64,000 nucleotides of DNA from Promethearchaeia archaeon. Its GTDB lineage: Archaea; Asgardarchaeota; Lokiarchaeia; Sigyniarchaeales; SOKP01. Location: positions 32,001 to 96,000 of the forward strand of contig JAHQWG010000047.1 in NCBI GenBank assembly GCA_029856045.1. The letters run 5' to 3'. The notes beneath the pieces are model-generated. The model did no database searches. It was not told the origin of the DNA and worked only from the letters and a program-made list of their open reading frames with translations. Made by a program: the position numbers and the translations under genes. Shown here piece by piece: positions 20,516 through 30,266 of the stretch; within the stretch, counting starts at the first letter, position 1; each line of letters opens with the position of its first letter.

Positions 20516-21108
20516 CTTATTAAAGAATTTTCACTAAGATTTATTATTTAACCCCTCGACAAATTTTTAATTTTTCCTCAGTCTTCTTTAAAATAAATTA
20601 TTTTTATTGATTTACAAATCTGGGTGATTATTACATTTAAAGTGAACAATTGTCTATAGAGAGGGGGGTCATTAAAAATAAAAAATAGAATAAGTAAGGG
20701 AATTTAAGATTTACACCGACAAAACTATAGTATCAATGAAATATAACTGAAATCAGTGATATTGCAGTTAATATTACAGATTATATTAAATTTTAGAATC
20801 AAATTTATATAAAAGTCTGAAACAGTCCAATTTATTCCCATCGATCTATTTATTTTTCATATTGAAAACGTTTATATCTTTATTTTATAATTTTGGACTG
20901 GGAATTATTAGAGGTAATCAATTCAGAGATTTTTAATTATAATACTATTAAAATTCTGTTTTAGATGAAAAGTATTAAAAGTATTATAAAAATAATACCT
21001 TATACAAATAAGTTATTATTTGAATTAATTTAGCCAGTTCCAAGGCTAGATTTTAATAAAAATTTGCAAATTTTTTAATAAATTTCTCAAAATAGAGAAA
21101 AACAAATA

Positions 21109-21900
21109 ATGAAACGCGATCAAGAACTCATTGAACGACTTCAAAGGCATAATATTAAGGGAGTTATATTTGATTTTGATGGAGTGCTCCTTGACGTTAG
21201 AGAACCTCTTAATGAAGCAGTTGATAAGGTTTTCAATAAACGCTCTATTAATGTAAACATGGATGTTGCATTACAACAAATCGGTGCAGTTTTAGAATCA
21301 GTTCAAGGATATCCAATGTCCCAAATAATACTCCAATCTTACCAAATGTTCAAATACGTTACCGTGCTTGAAAATTACCGGTTATTTAAAAAATTAAGGA
21401 TTGCTATAGAAATTTTTGCTAAATATCAAGAACTTACAAAAGAAGCAAAATTCCATCTAGGCTCAAAATTACTTTTAGAAACTCTCTCAAAACATTGTGA
21501 TCTTTTTATTATATCACATAATATTACAGAAAGTGTCTTACGCCATTTAAAGCGGGAAGAACTTGAGGGTTATTTTCTAGATATTTACGGTCAAGATAAG
21601 CTCCCAGCACTAAAACCAGACCCTGCAAGTGTTGAACCTCCCTTGAATCATTACAAATCCTACACCAAAGAGGATTTTATTGTTATTGGAGATATGCCTT
21701 CAGATATTGAAGCAGGTAAAAAAGCAGGTTTCTGGACAATAGGAGTATTGAGTGGTCTTTGTAATAGGGAGCTTTTAGCTGAATACGAGCCAGATTTACT
21801 ATTAGAATCAATTGCTGATATCCTTACTTTGCTTGGAGTCGATACTGGTCGCATTACTAAATCTCAAGCTCATAAAAAGTTAAAAACAGAATCATCATGA
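21109..21900 (+). CDS. HAD-superfamily phosphatase
   Basis: FDFDGVL, SHN, KPDP, GDMPSD motifs. Confidence 0.9.
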   Translation: MKRDQELIERLQRHNIKGVIFDFDGVLLDVREPLNEAVDKVFNKRSINVNMDVALQQIGAVLESVQGYPMSQIILQSYQMFKYVTVLENYRLFKKLRIAIEIFAKYQELTKEAKFHLGSKLLLETLSKHCDLFIISHNITESVLRHLKREELEGYFLDIYGQDKLPALKPDPASVEPPLNHYKSYTKEDFIVIGDMPSDIEAGKKAGFWTIGVLSGLCNRELLAEYEPDLLLESIADILTLLGVDTGRITKSQAHKKLKTESS

Positions 21901-21911
21901 GGTAATAAAAA

Positions 21912-23585
21912 ATGGAAATGGAAGAAATCGATCTCGAAAGTTTGTCTATACAAACAACTAAAGCAGAAGAAATTAAAGATGAGAAGAAGCATGTCTCTGG
22001 CGCTTCAAAACAATTTCAAGAAATACTTAATTTTATCTTGAAATATAATCCGATTGATCCTTTAAATAGGCTGGTTAGGAAATTTTTCGGGACATTTGAT
22101 CTATTAGATAAAACCGATAGACTGTTTTATTGGGGTGCATTTCCAATAATTCGAAATATTTGTCGAATGTATTGGAATATGCGAGTTGAAGGAGAAATGT
22201 TTCCAGATTACGGTGGCGGAATAGTTGCATCAAATCATGTTTCACATTTAGATCCTTTCTTTGTCAGTTCAGCCGTTCAGAGACGAATTCGTTGGATGAG
22301 TAAAATTGAAAATTTTGAAACACCATTAGTGACGACACTCTTTACAAATCTTGGAGCTTTCCCCTTACATCGTGGGGAGCAAGATTTGAAAGCTTATAGT
22401 ACAGCAACAAAGATTATTTTAAACGGTGAATACTTAGGTATGTTTCCAGAAGGAACTCGTTCATATGATGGTATTCTCAAAGAAGAATTTCATACAGGTA
22501 CAATTCGATTAGCGGTAGAAACAGGTTGTCCAATTGTTCCAGCTTGCGTATTAGGAACCGCTGGTGCTTTGGCTAAGGGTAAATTATTAATGAAACCTAC
22601 ACAAGTGCTTGTTCGCATTGGAAAACCAATATATTACACTGATTACTACGCAAAAGAACTCACCTATCCAGATGCTAAGAAATTATCGGATGATCTCAGA
22701 GAAAAAATCAAAGATTTAATTCAAATGGGGTATAGCAAGGGATTAGAGAAAGATCCTGAGCTCTCTATAGAAAATCTATCAGATATGATAAAATTCCAAA
22801 AAAATGATGCATTGAAAAGTCATTTAAAACCCAAAACTACTGCTAAAAAAATTCTAAAATTCATCGATGATACATGGTATGGATTTTTGAGAGCTTTAGA
22901 AGTTTTTGATTTGCGAACACACTTTCAAGAAGCAATACAAATGTTTTCTGGAAACCTCGTGCATCAGTTGTGTAATACTTTAATTCCATATAAAACCATT
23001 GACTTCGATAAATATATTCCAAAAGAAGGAGCCGCCGTGATTGCTCCAAGTCATAATTCTGAATGGGACGTAATTATGATTGCTACAGCTATTACTCAAA
23101 AACCAAAACGAATATTACATCAGATGTCTAAACAATCACTATTCAGAACTCCGATTGTAAATGCATGGGTTAGGAATCATCATGCTTTCCCACTTAAACG
23201 AGGTGGACATGATGTAGAGAGTTTTCTTTATGCTAAAGAACTGCTAGAAGCCGAACAACTTGTGTGTACATATCCGGAGGGAACTACAAATCCTGGTAAT
23301 GGTCAACTTTTAGAAGGACATACAGGAGCTGTTCGATTAGCAATAGAGGCAAAAGTTCCAATCATTCCAGTTGGAATTACTGGTACTGAGAATATATACC
23401 CCAAACACGCAAAGATGCTCAATTTCGGAAAATCATGTGTATTGAAAGCGGGAGAACCTTTTATGGAACATGCAAAATATTGGGATGCACCAGAAATGCC
23501 ATCATTTGAAGTGTTAAAGGATTTAACAAGTAAAATGATGGCTCGAATTAAGGATTTACAAGTTTACAACTCACCAGGTCTGTAA
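21912..23585 (+). CDS. plsC: Tandem two-domain PlsC-family glycerolipid acyltransferase
   Basis: Domain 1 has NHVSHLD and FPEGTRS; domain 2 has SHNSEWD and YPEGTT. Confidence 0.9.
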   Translation: MEMEEIDLESLSIQTTKAEEIKDEKKHVSGASKQFQEILNFILKYNPIDPLNRLVRKFFGTFDLLDKTDRLFYWGAFPIIRNICRMYWNMRVEGEMFPDYGGGIVASNHVSHLDPFFVSSAVQRRIRWMSKIENFETPLVTTLFTNLGAFPLHRGEQDLKAYSTATKIILNGEYLGMFPEGTRSYDGILKEEFHTGTIRLAVETGCPIVPACVLGTAGALAKGKLLMKPTQVLVRIGKPIYYTDYYAKELTYPDAKKLSDDLREKIKDLIQMGYSKGLEKDPELSIENLSDMIKFQKNDALKSHLKPKTTAKKILKFIDDTWYGFLRALEVFDLRTHFQEAIQMFSGNLVHQLCNTLIPYKTIDFDKYIPKEGAAVIAPSHNSEWDVIMIATAITQKPKRILHQMSKQSLFRTPIVNAWVRNHHAFPLKRGGHDVESFLYAKELLEAEQLVCTYPEGTTNPGNGQLLEGHTGAVRLAIEAKVPIIPVGITGTENIYPKHAKMLNFGKSCVLKAGEPFMEHAKYWDAPEMPSFEVLKDLTSKMMARIKDLQVYNSPGL

Positions 23586-23608
23586 GTGGTTCGAGGTTTT
23601 CAACTAGA

Positions 23609-24727
23609 ATGCAGTCGAAGAAAACGACAAACCAACGAGAACTAAAACATTTAAAAGATGCATTGGAATCTTATCGATATGACCAGAAATCGAAGATCAA
23701 AGTGGGCATTCCCCGAGCTCTTCATTTTTATAGGTTTTTTCCTTTTTGGAAAAAATTATTGGAAGAGTTAGGTTGCGAACTTATACTTAGTCCTCACACT
23801 AATAAACAAATAGTGGAAGAAGGGGCTTTTCAAGGATTTGGGGAACTCTGCTTGCCTGTAAAAGTATATTATGGGCATACATTATATTTAATTAGAGAAC
23901 ATCCCGAATTGGATTATATTTTTGTCCCACGATATGTATCCGAGCGAGTAGAGGGATATTTTTGTCCTAAGTTTTTATCACTCCCCGACGTTATTAGAAC
24001 CTTGCCAAATATCCCCAAAATCTTAACCTTTACTGTTAATGTGAAAGAAAATCCAATCTCAAATTCAATTATTTCACTTGCTAAAACGCTTGGAAAAGGA
24101 CAACGCGAAGCCTTACAGGCATATGAAATAGCAAAAAAATACCATAAACAATATCAAGACTTCTTGAGAAAAGAAATCCCCGTCGGATATGCATTAAAAC
24201 TTGTAGAAAAAGACAAACCTTTTAAAATACTTAAAAAGAAAAGCCCTAAAAATATCAAATTTCTCTTACTTGGGCATGGATATAATATTTTTGATACCTT
24301 TGTAAATCTAGATTTTCAGAAAAAACTAACTAAACATGGAGTAGATGTGCTAACTATTGAAAATTTACCAGAAATTCTATTCAAGGAGCCAGTAATTATT
24401 AATAAGCAATTTAGACCGTATTGGCTTCATGAAGATGAAATCTTAGCCGCAGTTAGATATTTTCTAGTCCAAGGACGTAAAGAGATTGACGGAGTCATAT
24501 TTCTAATCAGCTTTGCGTGTGGTCCTGACAGTTTGATAGCTGAGTTAATTATGAGAGACATGAAAGTGATCGGGCTTCCTTTCTTGCAGATAATAATGGA
24601 TGAGCATACAGGTGAAGCTGGACTGCTAACAAGAATCGAAAGTTTCGTGGAAATGATTAAGCGGAAAAAAAGAAAACTAGATGCAATGAAAGAAAAGCAA
24701 GATTTAAAAATCTTTGAAGTAGCATAG
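23609..24727 (+). CDS. DUF2229 acyl-CoA dehydratase activase-related Fe-S protein (PlsA/Ger reductase-domain-like)
   Basis: VGIPRAL, CLPVKVYYGH, FCPKF, SFACGPD, DEHTGEAGLLTRIESF. Confidence 0.85.
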   Translation: MQSKKTTNQRELKHLKDALESYRYDQKSKIKVGIPRALHFYRFFPFWKKLLEELGCELILSPHTNKQIVEEGAFQGFGELCLPVKVYYGHTLYLIREHPELDYIFVPRYVSERVEGYFCPKFLSLPDVIRTLPNIPKILTFTVNVKENPISNSIISLAKTLGKGQREALQAYEIAKKYHKQYQDFLRKEIPVGYALKLVEKDKPFKILKKKSPKNIKFLLLGHGYNIFDTFVNLDFQKKLTKHGVDVLTIENLPEILFKEPVIINKQFRPYWLHEDEILAAVRYFLVQGRKEIDGVIFLISFACGPDSLIAELIMRDMKVIGLPFLQIIMDEHTGEAGLLTRIESFVEMIKRKKRKLDAMKEKQDLKIFEVA

Positions 24728-24986
24728 AAAAAAACGAAGGGAAATAAATTTATATGCAAAAAATTTATGGCAATTTAAATTTAAAGCGTCATTTTCTAAG
24801 AATTCTAAAAATATGAAATAATTCATAATTTTTTTATATGATCTTACCTATTTGTATAGAAAGTTATTTGAGAAAATATGTTTGCATTTAATTATTAAAA
24901 AACTCGAGAAAATAAAGTCTAATAGAGATATAGCTTAGAGCTAATGATTCAAAGTATAAAGATAGAAGAGGAGCAATAAGAATTTA

Positions 24987-26177
24987 ATGATAGTATCATT
25001 TCCAAACATGGGATATAGTTGGCCTGCTTTCAAGACTCTCATTGAGTGTATGGGTGTGAAAGTGGTATTACCAGATCCCACAAATCGTGAAGCTGTGAAA
25101 ATCGGAGTCAAATACTCTCCTGAGTTTGTCTGCTTTCCCTTTAAAGCAACTCTTGGAGATTTTGTAAGTGCGATTAAAAAGGGAGCGGATACTTTGGTTA
25201 TGGCTATAGATTGTGGCCCCTGTAGATTTGGATTTTACCATGCTGTTCAAGAACGTATTTTACATGATATGGGATATAAAGATGTCCGTGTGATACCTCT
25301 TGACCAAGCAGACTTATTAGAATTTAAATGGGTAAAAACCTTGTTTGAAGTAACTCCAACAAAAAATCTATTTCTATATACAAAAGCTGTTAAAGCAGTT
25401 CAATATTTTATAAAAAAAACCAAATATATTGATGATATTTCGACCGCAGAGGGATTAATCCGATGCTATGAACGAAATAAGGGGGATACCACTCGGGTTG
25501 TAAAGAAACTCCTAATAAAACTTGATGAAACTAATAAAATAAATGAATTACGCAAATTCAAATCTGTTATCACAAATGAGTTTAAAAAAATTGATATAGA
25601 CCGAAGCCGCAACCCTTTGAAAGTGGCATTATCAGGAGAGATCCATATCACATTAGAGCCAAATGATAATCTCGATATTCGTCGCAAACTCGGTGAAATG
25701 GGAGTTCAATTATATCAAAACCTAAGTGTTTACGATTGGGTTATTCATAAATTTCATTTAAATTATCATAGAAAATGGTTGGAATATTTAGCGCGTCCTT
25801 ATATGCCAATGGATATCGGGGGTGAAGCCGTATGGGTTATTGGCGAGTACATCGACAGAGCAAGGTCTGGTTTCGATGGTTTCATCCATGCATATCCTTT
25901 CACCTGTATGCCTGAGATCAGTGCTAGAACCATTATAACGAACGTATTACATAAAAAATATGATTTGCCAATAATTTACTTCTCATTTGATGAACATGCT
26001 GCTGAAAGTGGCTTCAGAACACGTTTAGAAGCGTTTGTAGATTTAATTCAAGGAAGGAGAGAACAAAAAAAACATAAGAAGGAAATTAAATTAGAAGAGA
26101 AATCAAAAGAGCCCTTATATGAGATTCATGGGGGTAGTCTATATAATAACATAGTGCAATTTATTCAAACAGGATAG
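24987..26177 (+). CDS. 2-hydroxyacyl-CoA dehydratase-like subunit (PlsR-like)
   Basis: FPNMG, CFPFKATLG, GPCRFGFY, GEIH, PFTCMPE, DEH...TRLEAF. Confidence 0.85.
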   Translation: MIVSFPNMGYSWPAFKTLIECMGVKVVLPDPTNREAVKIGVKYSPEFVCFPFKATLGDFVSAIKKGADTLVMAIDCGPCRFGFYHAVQERILHDMGYKDVRVIPLDQADLLEFKWVKTLFEVTPTKNLFLYTKAVKAVQYFIKKTKYIDDISTAEGLIRCYERNKGDTTRVVKKLLIKLDETNKINELRKFKSVITNEFKKIDIDRSRNPLKVALSGEIHITLEPNDNLDIRRKLGEMGVQLYQNLSVYDWVIHKFHLNYHRKWLEYLARPYMPMDIGGEAVWVIGEYIDRARSGFDGFIHAYPFTCMPEISARTIITNVLHKKYDLPIIYFSFDEHAAESGFRTRLEAFVDLIQGRREQKKHKKEIKLEEKSKEPLYEIHGGSLYNNIVQFIQTG

Positions 26178-26190
26178 GTATTTATGAAAT

Positions 26191-27219
26191 ATGGTTCAAG
26201 TTAACGAAAAAATACACGTGTCAAAAGATGGAAAGCGTGATAGTTATCTAGGTATAGATGTTGGGTCGGTTACTCTCAAATTTGTATTAATGGATAATGA
26301 TCAAAGGGTTTTATCTAATGTTTTTTTGCGAAATCAAGGCAGTCCAATAGATTCCGTCAAACTTGGAATGGCAGAAATGAGGAGTAAAATTGAGAAAAAT
26401 CCAGAGCTGCAGGAATATGCAATAAGAGCTTGCGGAACAACAGGGTCAGCAAGATATTTAACCAAGGCGGTGGTCGGAGGAGACCTTGCCAAAACGGAGA
26501 TTATAGCTCACGCGGTAGCAACCCAATCGATGTACCCTGATGTGAGAACGATCTTGGAAATTGGGGGTCAGGACTCTAAAATAATAATTTTAAGAGATGG
26601 AATCATTGTGGACTTCGCTATGAATTCTGTATGTGCAGCTGGGACTGGTAGTTTTCTCGATCACCAAGCAACTCGCCTTAATATTCCAATTGAGGATTTT
26701 GGTGATTATGCCGTGAATTCAAAAAATCCTGCTTCAATTGCTGGTCGATGCACGGTGTTTGCAGAATCGGACATGATTCACAAGCAAAATGCTGGATATT
26801 CAAAGGAGGATATTATTGCTGGGTTATGCGATTCTTTAGTAAGGAATTATTTAAATAATTTATCAAAAGGAAAAGATTTGGAAGAGCCTATTGTATTTCA
26901 AGGAGGAGTTTCATCTAATAAGGGTATTATTAAATCATTTGAACGACATTTAGGTTGTAAAATAACTGTTCCTGGGGGAGGTTTGAATGTATTAATGGGA
27001 GCGCTTGGAATGGCAATTCTTTCACGAGAATATTATATAAATAATGAAATTGATACAGTGTTTAGAGGGCTTAGAATGACTGATATTGATTTTAGGACGA
27101 GAACATTCAATTGTGGGGATTGCCCTAATAATTGTTCCATAGTAGAATGCTCCATCGTTGAAACTAATGAAGTTATTGCCAGATGGGGTAGCAGATGCGG
27201 TAAATGGGAAGTATTCTAA
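26191..27219 (+). CDS. CoA-substrate-specific enzyme activase (BadF/BadG/BcrA/BcrD ASKHA ATPase)
   Basis: GIDVGS, EIGGQDSK, CAAGTGSFL, RCTVFAESD, FQGGV; C-terminal CxxCxxxC...RC. Confidence 0.92.
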   Translation: MVQVNEKIHVSKDGKRDSYLGIDVGSVTLKFVLMDNDQRVLSNVFLRNQGSPIDSVKLGMAEMRSKIEKNPELQEYAIRACGTTGSARYLTKAVVGGDLAKTEIIAHAVATQSMYPDVRTILEIGGQDSKIIILRDGIIVDFAMNSVCAAGTGSFLDHQATRLNIPIEDFGDYAVNSKNPASIAGRCTVFAESDMIHKQNAGYSKEDIIAGLCDSLVRNYLNNLSKGKDLEEPIVFQGGVSSNKGIIKSFERHLGCKITVPGGGLNVLMGALGMAILSREYYINNEIDTVFRGLRMTDIDFRTRTFNCGDCPNNCSIVECSIVETNEVIARWGSRCGKWEVF

Positions 27220-27344
27220 GGAGGAGAGAAACGATAGAGAGATTTAATATTATTTCCAGAATTATAGATTATTTTTCGGTCAATAAATTCTTTATATATA
27301 TTGTAAGGTTAAAAAAAAATGAATAAAAAAGAGTTGTTTTAGAG

Positions 27345-27539
27345 ATGTCCAAATTTTTTGAACAATTAATTGATATGGGAAAAGAATATTTAGACACTTT
27401 AAAGCATAAGACAAAATTATCAACCATATTTGATTATTTTACGGAAACAGTGATACCGAATTTTGTATCTGAGAAAGATTTAAAATCATTTTATGAAAAA
27501 CGTATGGATGAATTAAATGAATTTATATATAAATTGTAA
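27345..27539 (+). CDS. Small helical hypothetical protein
   Basis: 64-aa ORF, co-oriented and 16 nt upstream of the next gene. Confidence 0.6.
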   Translation: MSKFFEQLIDMGKEYLDTLKHKTKLSTIFDYFTETVIPNFVSEKDLKSFYEKRMDELNEFIYKL

Positions 27540-27555
27540 AGAGAGGTAAAGAAAT

Positions 27556-28341
27556 ATGGAATCGAATAGTAATGAAAAATCTGAGATAACAAAAGTTGAT
27601 AAGCCAGTTTCTCTTGAAGAAGAAAAGGAGTCCGAGAAAGTGAATATGAAAGCGGTGACTGGTGATTTACTTTATGGAGCCTTAAAATATATTGGTGGTT
27701 CTGCGTTAATGTTATTTAACGATTTAGCAATTAACGGCCAGGAAAATGTTCCGTTGTTCGGAAAAGCAATTCTTTCAACGATTAGTAAAAATGTGATGCT
27801 TGATATGCTCATCATAAGTCAAGTATCCGGAAGAAAGATACATTTTATGTTGCCCGTAAAACTAATAAGAAATCCTGTTGCTGGGCCAGTTTTAAAGATG
27901 TTAGGAATGTTTCGAAGTACAGAGAATAAGGAAGATATGGAGCCTATCGAGAAAGTTTTCGATTATTTAAACAAAAAGGGTGATCTTGTGGCGATGACAC
28001 CTCAAGCGAAAGCATCTGACGAGGTGCAGCTCAAGTCAATGGCAGCGATTATAAAGTTTGCAGTTGCTGCTGATGCACCAATAATTCCTTTAGCGATATA
28101 TACAGAACAGAAGACGTTGTTTAACATCATTCCTAGTACTAAGCTAAAAATGAAGATTGGTACTCCAATTAATTTCGATAAGAAATTAAATAAGGATAAA
28201 TTTAGAGACGAGAGATATAAACAAGCTGCGGAAATCATAAAGATTATCGATGTTCTTCGGATTGAAAGTAAGGAAGAAGCCGAGAGAGAAGAAAAAGAAA
28301 AGGAAAAAGAAAAAGAAGAAAAGAAAAATCAGAAAGTTTAA
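27556..28341 (+). CDS. PlsC-fold protein with degenerate catalytic motifs
   Basis: GQENVP, IHFM, APIIP, KIGTPI fit the fold; HX4D is replaced (SKNVMLD) and PEG reads PQA. Confidence 0.75.
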   Translation: MESNSNEKSEITKVDKPVSLEEEKESEKVNMKAVTGDLLYGALKYIGGSALMLFNDLAINGQENVPLFGKAILSTISKNVMLDMLIISQVSGRKIHFMLPVKLIRNPVAGPVLKMLGMFRSTENKEDMEPIEKVFDYLNKKGDLVAMTPQAKASDEVQLKSMAAIIKFAVAADAPIIPLAIYTEQKTLFNIIPSTKLKMKIGTPINFDKKLNKDKFRDERYKQAAEIIKIIDVLRIESKEEAEREEKEKEKEKEEKKNQKV

Positions 28342-28387
28342 TTTTAAAATTTTTTAAATTCTATTTTTTTATAACAATTAATTCCTA

Positions 28388-29068
28388 TTATTCACCTTCT
28401 AATATTACAGGGTTTGATAAAGTCCCAATTTTTTCGATTGTTGCTTCAATTAGGTCTCCGGGTTTAATTGGACTTATTCCGCTTGGAGTGCCAGTTGCGA
28501 TTATATCGCCCGGTTCCATTGTAAAAAACTTACATATATAATGTAAGATTTCCGGAACATTGAATAGAAGGTTTTTAGTGTTTGATGATTGTTTTATTTC
28601 TCCATTTAGCTTTAATTCAATTTTCAAGTTATGGGGATCTGAAATTGTATTTGTATCAACAATCTTAGGACCTATTGGTCCAAATGTATCGAGGCTTTTT
28701 GAGCGAAACCATGGTTTATTTGAGGCATAATCCTTTATTTGCATTTTGCGGGCGGTTACATCATTAAATATTGTGTATCCTAAGATATGGTCGTATGCAT
28801 CTTCAATAGAAACATTTTTGCATTTATCTTTTATAATAAAAGCTAGTTCTACTTCATAATCCACGCGATTGTATTTTCGATTTTCATATAACATTTTAGG
28901 ATATACGATTGGTTCTTTGTTTTGGATTAGGCAATTTAGAGATTTTGTGAATAATACGGGTTCAGTGGGCAGGGCTTGTCCGGGTCTCGTTTCTTCGATG
29001 TGATCTTTATAATTGAGACCTAAGCATATTATTTTTGTAGGGTTTATCTCAATGTCTCCAATTAACAT
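28388..29068 (-). CDS. Fumarylacetoacetate hydrolase family protein
   Basis: KIICLGLNY, DYEVEL, NDVTAR, GDIIATGTP. Confidence 0.92.
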   Translation of the reverse strand: MLIGDIEINPTKIICLGLNYKDHIEETRPGQALPTEPVLFTKSLNCLIQNKEPIVYPKMLYENRKYNRVDYEVELAFIIKDKCKNVSIEDAYDHILGYTIFNDVTARKMQIKDYASNKPWFRSKSLDTFGPIGPKIVDTNTISDPHNLKIELKLNGEIKQSSNTKNLLFNVPEILHYICKFFTMEPGDIIATGTPSGISPIKPGDLIEATIEKIGTLSNPVILEGE

Positions 29069-29241
29069 AAATACTCATAATTTTCTGAAATTAAAATACT
29101 TTCTGTCTAAAAAAGAGCAAGATATGCATTATCAAAATTTTTTAATTATCAAAATTTGTTTATTTCGAACTAATATATAAGTATAAAAACTTAGTTTTTT
29201 ACTATATTAATTGTCAAATAAAAATTTTAAGGGCGTGAAAA

Positions 29242-29595
29242 TTGGCAAGATACTGTAATATATGTAAAAGAAATGTGGTACCAAAATCTCCAGATTTCAA
29301 TGTTGGGGCCTTTCTCCTTCTATTTTGTTGTACTGGGTGTTTATGGATTCTTTATTTAATTTATTATGTCTTACAATCACCTGTCTGTCCATTTTGTGGG
29401 AGTACTTCTTTTTCACCAGCTCAGCCAGAAGTATTTGCTCCAACTACTCAACCAGTACCACAAACAATCATTATAACACCCCCATCAAATACGGCTGATA
29501 TTCCTCCTAAAAGGGAGTATAAATTTTGTCCTCTATGTGGAGCTGAATTATCATCTGAAGTAATTTATTGCCCTAACTGTGGAACTAAAATATAA
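29242..29595 (+). CDS. Zinc-ribbon membrane protein
   Basis: CxxC pair flanking a hydrophobic hairpin, plus a C-terminal CPLC/CPNC ribbon. Confidence 0.75.
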   Translation: MARYCNICKRNVVPKSPDFNVGAFLLLFCCTGCLWILYLIYYVLQSPVCPFCGSTSFSPAQPEVFAPTTQPVPQTIIITPPSNTADIPPKREYKFCPLCGAELSSEVIYCPNCGTKI

Positions 29596-29605
29596 ATTCT
29601 TTTTT

Positions 29606-30202
29606 TCATTTTTCTTCAATATTTTTCTTTTTAAAATTACCTTGTTCATTAAAGAAACTCATACCAGGGCAATTATTCCAATCAGCTTTATATTCACATC
29701 TTTTACATATTCTATAGGTTCCGTATCCATGGTACGCATTTAATATGGATAGTAATATGAAAAAAGTAATTCCAAATATAATAAAATTGACACTATTTGG
29801 ATTTGGTGAGGTAAATATACTCCAGAAAAGAAAACCAGCTCCAACACCGATTGAAATCTTAGATATAATTTTAATGGATTTTCTTTTTGTTAAGCCAAAT
29901 AGACTGAGTAAAAAACTGGATAATAAAATAATTGAAATTATTAACAAATCCGTAGGAACTAAAATATTGAATATTCCCGTAAAAGGTAAAGTAATAATTG
30001 TAATTATTGCAGTTGGGTATCCAATAAAGCATCCAATGCAGAAATCGATTCCTTTAATTTTAAATGTATGTCCTTCAAATTTTTCACATATTGGATGATG
30101 TCTTAACAAAAGTGGTTTTGCTGAATTGAATGCTGTTTTTATTCTTTGTTTTATTGATAATTTTGAATTTTTATCGTTATTAGAGTTCGAATTTGAAGTA
30201 AT
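29606..30202 (-). CDS. Membrane protein with His/Cys motifs (DUF2085-like)
   Basis: HHPIC...CIGC, 4 TM, CKRC...C. The frame extends upstream of the track start to an ATT at 30202 behind GAGGCTG. Confidence 0.65.
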   Translation of the reverse strand: MTSNSNSNNDKNSKLSIKQRIKTAFNSAKPLLLRHHPICEKFEGHTFKIKGIDFCIGCFIGYPTAIITIITLPFTGIFNILVPTDLLIISIILLSSFLLSLFGLTKRKSIKIISKISIGVGAGFLFWSIFTSPNPNSVNFIIFGITFFILLSILNAYHGYGTYRICKRCEYKADWNNCPGMSFFNEQGNFKKKNIEEK

Positions 30203-30266
30203 AATTGACAGCCTCGTATAAAAGTTCGTGATAAAAGTGTTATTTCATAATAAATTAATAATAGAA

